Positions 48,888 to 51,065 of a stretch of 51,065 nucleotides of DNA are shown here, piece by piece. The DNA is from Chiloscyllium plagiosum (lineage: Eukaryota), in NCBI RefSeq assembly GCF_004010195.1, contig NC_057754.1, positions 12,952,770 to 13,003,834 on the forward strand, written 5' to 3'. A program made the translations under genes and the position numbers. The notes beneath the pieces are model-generated. The model searched no databases. It worked only from the letters and a program-made list of their open reading frames with translations, and was not told the origin of the DNA. The stretch's first letter is position 1; each line of letters opens with the position of its first letter.

Positions 48888-51065
48888 TCTCCAGGGAAAA
48901 CAACCCCAGCCTGTTCAGCCTCTCTCTATACCTCAAATCCTCCAACCCTGGCAACATCCTTGTAAATCTTTTCTGAACTCTTTCAAGTTTTTCCAATAGG
49001 AAGGAGACCAGAATTGCACACAATATTCCAACGGTGGCCGAAACAATGTCCTGTAAAGCCGCAACATGACCTCCCAGCTCCTGTACTCCATACACTGACC
49101 AATAAAGGAAAACATACCAAACGCCTTCTTCACTATCCTATCTACCTGCACTCCAAGGTCTGTTTGTTCAGTAACACTCTCTAGGACCTTATCATTAAGT
49201 GTATAAGCCCTGCTAAGATTTGCTTTTCCAAAATGCAGCATCTCACATTTATCTGAATTAAACTCCATCTGCCACTTCAAAGCCCATTGGCCCATCTGGT
49301 CCAGATCCTGTTGTAATCTGAGGTAACCCTCTTTGCTGTCCACTACACCTCCAATTTTGGTGTCATCTGCAAGCTTACTAACTGTACCTGTTATGCTCAC
49401 ATCCAAATCATTTATATAAATGTCAAAAAGTAGAGGACCCAGCACCGATTATCAATGCACTCCACTGGTCAGAGGCCTCCATTCTGAAAAACAACCCTCC
49501 ACCACCACCCTCTGTCTTCTACCTTTGAGCGAGTTCTGTATCCAAATGGCTCGCTCTCCCTGTATTCCATGAGATCTACCCTTGCTAACCAGTCTCCCAT
49601 GGGGCACCCTGTCGAACGCCTTAGTGAAGTCCATATAGATCACATCTACTGCTCTTCCCTCATTAATCCTTTGCTATTTCTTCAAAAACTCCATCCTAAG
49701 TTTGTGAGGCATGATTTCCCATGCACAACGCCATGTTGACGATCCCTAATCAGTCCTTGCCTTTCCAAATACATGTACATTTTGTCCCTCAGGATTCTCT
49801 CCAACAACTTGCCCAACACCGAGATTAGGCTCACTGGTCTATAGCTCCCTGGCTTGTCTTTACCGCCCTTCTTAAACAGTGGCACCACGGTTGCCAATCT
49901 CCAGTGTTCCGGCACCTCACCTGTGACTATCGATGATTCAAATGTTTCAGCAAGAGGCCCAGCAATCACTTCTCAGGCTTCCCACAGAGTTCTCGGGTAC
50001 ACCTGATCAGGTCCTGGAGATTTATCCACCTTTACCCATTTCATGACATTCAGCACTTACTCCTCTGTAATCTGGACATTTTGCAAGATGCCACCATCTA
50101 TTTCCCTACTGTCTATATCTTCCATATCCTTTACCACAGTAAATACTGATGCAAAATATTCATTTCGTATCTCCCCCATCTTCTGTGGCTCCACACAAGT
50201 GCTGCCTTGCTGATCTTTGAGGGGCCCTATTCTCTCCCTAGTTACCCTTTTCTTAATGTATTTGTAAAATCCTTTGGATTCTCCATAATTCTATTTGCCA
50301 AAACTATTTCATGTCGCCTTTTTGCCCTCCTGATTTCCCTCTTAAGTATACTCCTACTTCCTTTATACTTCTCTAAGGATTAACTCGATCTATCCTGTCT
50401 ATACCTGACGTATGCTTCCTTCTTTTTCTTAACCAAACCCTCAAATTCTTTAGTCATTCCCTATACCTCTCAGCCTTTCCTTTCACCTTGACAGGAATAT
50501 ATTTTCACTGGATTTTTGTTATCTAATTTCTGAACGCTTCCCATTTTCCAGCTGTCCTTTACCTGTGAACGTCTGCCTCCAATCAGCTTTCGAAAGTCCT
50601 TGCCTAATACCATCAAAATTGGCCTTTCTCCAATTTCGAACTTCAACTTTTAGATCTGGTCTATCCTTTTCCATCACTATTTTAAATCTAATAGAATTAT
50701 GGTCGTTGGCCCCAAAGCGCTCCCCCACTGACATCTCAGTTATCTGCCCTGCCTTATTTCCCAAGAGTAGGTCTAGTTTTGCACCTTCTCTAGTAGGTTC
50801 ATCCACATACTGAATCAGAAAATTGTCTTGTATGCACTTAAGAAATTCCTCTCCATCTAAACCTTTAACACTATGGCAGTCCCAGTCGATGTTTGGAAAG
50901 TTAAAGTCGCCTACCATAACTACTCTATTATTCTTACAGATAGCTCAGATCTCCAGATGTTGTTTCTCAATTTCCCTCTGACTATTGGGGGTCTACAATA
51001 CAATCCCAATAAGGTGATCATCCCTTTCTTATTTCTCAGTTCCACCCAAATAACTTCCCTGGATG
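48888..51065 (-). mobile_element. Relatively young CR1 ORF2 (endonuclease through RT), frameshifted, running off the right edge
   Basis: ORFs 50519..50917 (VGDFNFPNIDW...PTREGAKLDLLLGN...NDH), 49682..49969 (YRPVSL), 49452..49643 (YMDFTKAFDRVPH) and 48933..49445 (LGPLLF.IYINDL...KLADDTK). Confidence 0.95.

Noticed and set aside
1..51065. Prokaryotic systems (CRISPR, retrons, operons)
   Set aside because: The sequence is vertebrate repeat-rich DNA. All RT motifs belong to CR1 or Penelope elements, and no repeat-spacer array is present.

Overview
This is eukaryotic DNA, almost certainly from a cartilaginous fish (shark). That is inferred from HE1-type V-SINEs, DeuSINE/SacSINE1-like SINEs, CR1 LINEs with an SGNH-esterase ORF1 and shark-type Penelope elements. 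Most of the window is retrotransposon debris: CR1 fragments on both strands, SINEs, two nested Penelope-like elements (PLEs) and two short fold-back PLE derivatives with hammerhead-ribozyme cores. No intact host protein-coding gene is visible, and nearly all ORF-track entries are TE fragments or their antisense shadows. The debris is organised as a multi-kb segmental unit present in about 4-5 direct copies (starting near 8.1, 17.3, 27.1, 40.6 and, partially, 47.5 kb) plus an inverted copy (0.35-6 kb). The non-TE islands in these units look like spliced exons of an unrecognised multicopy (pseudo)gene: a 57-nt and a 135-nt phase-1 exon, then a Cys/Pro-rich exon and a short terminal exon ending ...HPPCQCQTGGCY*. 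All alignments were made by eye, and TE boundaries are approximate (tens of bp) unless a target-site duplication (TSD) or splice site is quoted.
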